Virus genome (UHGV): UHGV-0194711
Strand: one strand, 5' to 3'
Origin: a virus
DNA length: 35,641 bases
This document shows positions 34,434 to 35,641 of the stretch, one piece after another. Within the stretch, counting starts at the first letter, position 1. The number at the start of each line of letters is the position of its first letter. The notes beneath the pieces were generated by a model. The model saw only the letters and a list, made by a program, of their open reading frames with translations. It made no database searches and was not told where the DNA came from. The position numbers and the translations under genes are program-made.

Positions 34434-35433
34434 GAACCCCGCTGATAACTGGATGCCGCCCCGCGTGTATCGCGGTAAGGCGGCGTATGAATTCAGGAAT
34501 AAAGATAACAAGGCTATCAGGCTATGTGCGCTCTCCGAGCCTCAATCAGCTGTATGGCTGGCATATGAAAAAGCCATGGGAGAAGAAGTCGAGCGCAAGA
34601 CGTTTCAGGCTCTGGCCGATCAATTCATGTCTTCCCCTGACTGGCAGGATTTAGCGGCAGAAACCCGCAAAGACTACACGAAATACGCAGGCAAAGTGTT
34701 GCCGGTGTTCGGGAAGGTTAACCCCGATAAAATTAAACCGGAACACATCCGGCGCTATATGGATCAGCGTGGCATGGCCAGTAAAACGCAGGCCAACCGG
34801 GAAAAGAGTTTTCTTTCTCGGGTATTCCGCTGGGGTTATGAGCGGGGTTACGTCCAGCATAATCCCTGTCAGGGCGTTAAGAAGTTCAAAGAGGCAGCCC
34901 GGGAGCGTTACATCACCGACGAAGAATACAAAGCGGTTTACGATGTTGCTCCAGACGTAGTTCGCGCCACCATGGAAATCGCTTATTTGTGTCTGGCCAG
35001 ACAAAGCGATGTGCTGGCTTTGACTGAAGACCAGATACGCGAAACCGGGATCTTTATCCGCCAGGGGAAAACAGGCGTGAAGCAAATCAAAGCATGGTCG
35101 CCACGCCTGCGCGCCGCTGTCGCCCTCGCCCGTTCCCTGCCGTTAAAGCCGGGTATCCGTAGCCTGTTTGTCATTCACCAGACCAGCGGCAGCAAATACA
35201 CCCGTGACGGTTTTAATTCACGCTGGCGCGACGCGAAAATCGCAGCGCAGGAAAAGAACCCACACCTGCAGATAGATTTCACTTTCCACGATCTGAAAGC
35301 GAAAGGTGTCTCTGATCTGGAAGGAAGCCTCGAGGAGAAACAGGCGATTTCAGGCCATAAGAATTCGAGACAAACGGCGATTTACGACAGGAAAACTAAA
35401 ATTGTGCCGGTTGTTGGTGGTCAGAAAAAATGA
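34417..35433 (+). CDS. int: Tyrosine recombinase / phage integrase
   Basis: 338 aa; C-terminal catalytic region HDLKAKG...GHKNSRQTAIYDR (H-x-x-R and Tyr); adjacent to tRNA att site. Confidence 0.9.
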   Translation: MAGKRKNPADNWMPPRVYRGKAAYEFRNKDNKAIRLCALSEPQSAVWLAYEKAMGEEVERKTFQALADQFMSSPDWQDLAAETRKDYTKYAGKVLPVFGKVNPDKIKPEHIRRYMDQRGMASKTQANREKSFLSRVFRWGYERGYVQHNPCQGVKKFKEAARERYITDEEYKAVYDVAPDVVRATMEIAYLCLARQSDVLALTEDQIRETGIFIRQGKTGVKQIKAWSPRLRAAVALARSLPLKPGIRSLFVIHQTSGSKYTRDGFNSRWRDAKIAAQEKNPHLQIDFTFHDLKAKGVSDLEGSLEEKQAISGHKNSRQTAIYDRKTKIVPVVGGQKK

Positions 35434-35490
35434 ATCGCTATGCGTTCGTTGAAAAATCATCTTCGGACGCATCTTCGGAAAGGAGAGTTT

Positions 35491-35619
35491 CAGATACAAA
35501 AAAACCACCCGTAGGTGGTTTCACGACACTGCTTATTGCTTTGATTATTCTGCTTTATCCCAATGGTACCCGGAGCGGGACTTGAACCCGCACAGCGCGA
35601 ACGCCGAGGGATTTTAAAT
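35491..35619. repeat. Right attachment-site direct repeat (attR), including terminator hairpin and tRNA-Leu 3' half
   Basis: Near-identical to 156-283; preceded by tandem CATCTTCGGA repeats (35459-35480) that may be integrase arm sites. Confidence 0.85.
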
Positions 35620-35641
35620 CCCTTGTGTCTACCGATTCCAC
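35564..35641 (-). tRNA. leuZ: tRNA-Leu (anticodon UAA), truncated by the window edge (5' ~9 nt outside)
   Basis: Reverse complement reads ...GTGGAATCGGTAGACACAAGGGATTTAAAATCCCTCGGCGTTCGCGCTGTGCGGGTTCAAGTCCCGCTCCGGGTACCA; anticodon loop tTTAAaa gives UAA; matches enterobacterial leuZ from memory. Confidence 0.85.

Larger units (their letters stand above)
284..35490. mobile_element. Integrated mosaic prophage (T7-supergroup virion module + lambdoid lysogeny/replication module), tRNA-Leu-integrated
   Basis: Flanked by direct repeats. Integrase lies next to the tRNA end and the lysis cassette at the opposite end; gene content between is phage throughout. Confidence 0.9.

Noticed and set aside
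284-35490. Search for a phage-encoded single-subunit RNA polymerase, T7-type DNA polymerase or primase
   Set aside because: No ORF of suitable size or motif found anywhere between the att repeats; the early region is lambdoid instead.
1-35641. CRISPR array, rRNA, or insertion sequence with terminal inverted repeats
   Set aside because: No regularly spaced direct repeats with unique spacers, no rRNA-like sequence and no transposase ORF seen; the only mobile element is the prophage itself.

Overview
The window is almost entirely one ~35.3 kb prophage integrated into the 3' end of a tRNA-Leu(UAA) gene (leuZ-like, enterobacterial host), bounded by ~128 bp near-identical direct repeats (156-283 and 35491-35619). 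The element is a mosaic. (i) A lambdoid/Rac-like lysogeny and early module sits on the right: tyrosine integrase, DUF4224 excisionase-like gene, XRE-type repressor divergent from a Cro-like gene with palindromic operators, YdaT-like gene, replication initiator plus DnaB-type helicase, MT-A70 methyltransferase, two HNH endonucleases, DUF1367 and a Ref-like nuclease. (ii) A T7-supergroup (podovirus) virion module occupies the centre and left: portal, scaffold, capsid, tail tubular A/B, three internal virion proteins including one with a lytic transglycosylase domain, small and large terminase, and a tailspike with a T7 gp17-like N-terminal adaptor. (iii) A phage-21-like lysis cassette (dual-start pinholin, SAR endolysin, overlapped Rz/Rz1) lies at the left terminus. 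No phage RNA polymerase, T7-type DNA polymerase or primase is present. All calls rest on reading the six-frame translations and the DNA by eye and from memory of protein families; no database search was run. Beyond gene content, the most notable signals are a 15-16 bp inverted-repeat motif recurring four times at T7-promoter-equivalent positions before late genes, a conserved translation-initiation block (GAGGAAAGACCAATG) reused at six or more gene starts, a repeat-rich leader between the repressor and the early-left operon, a LexA box in front of a small candidate antirepressor gene, and several low-GC morons inside the virion module.
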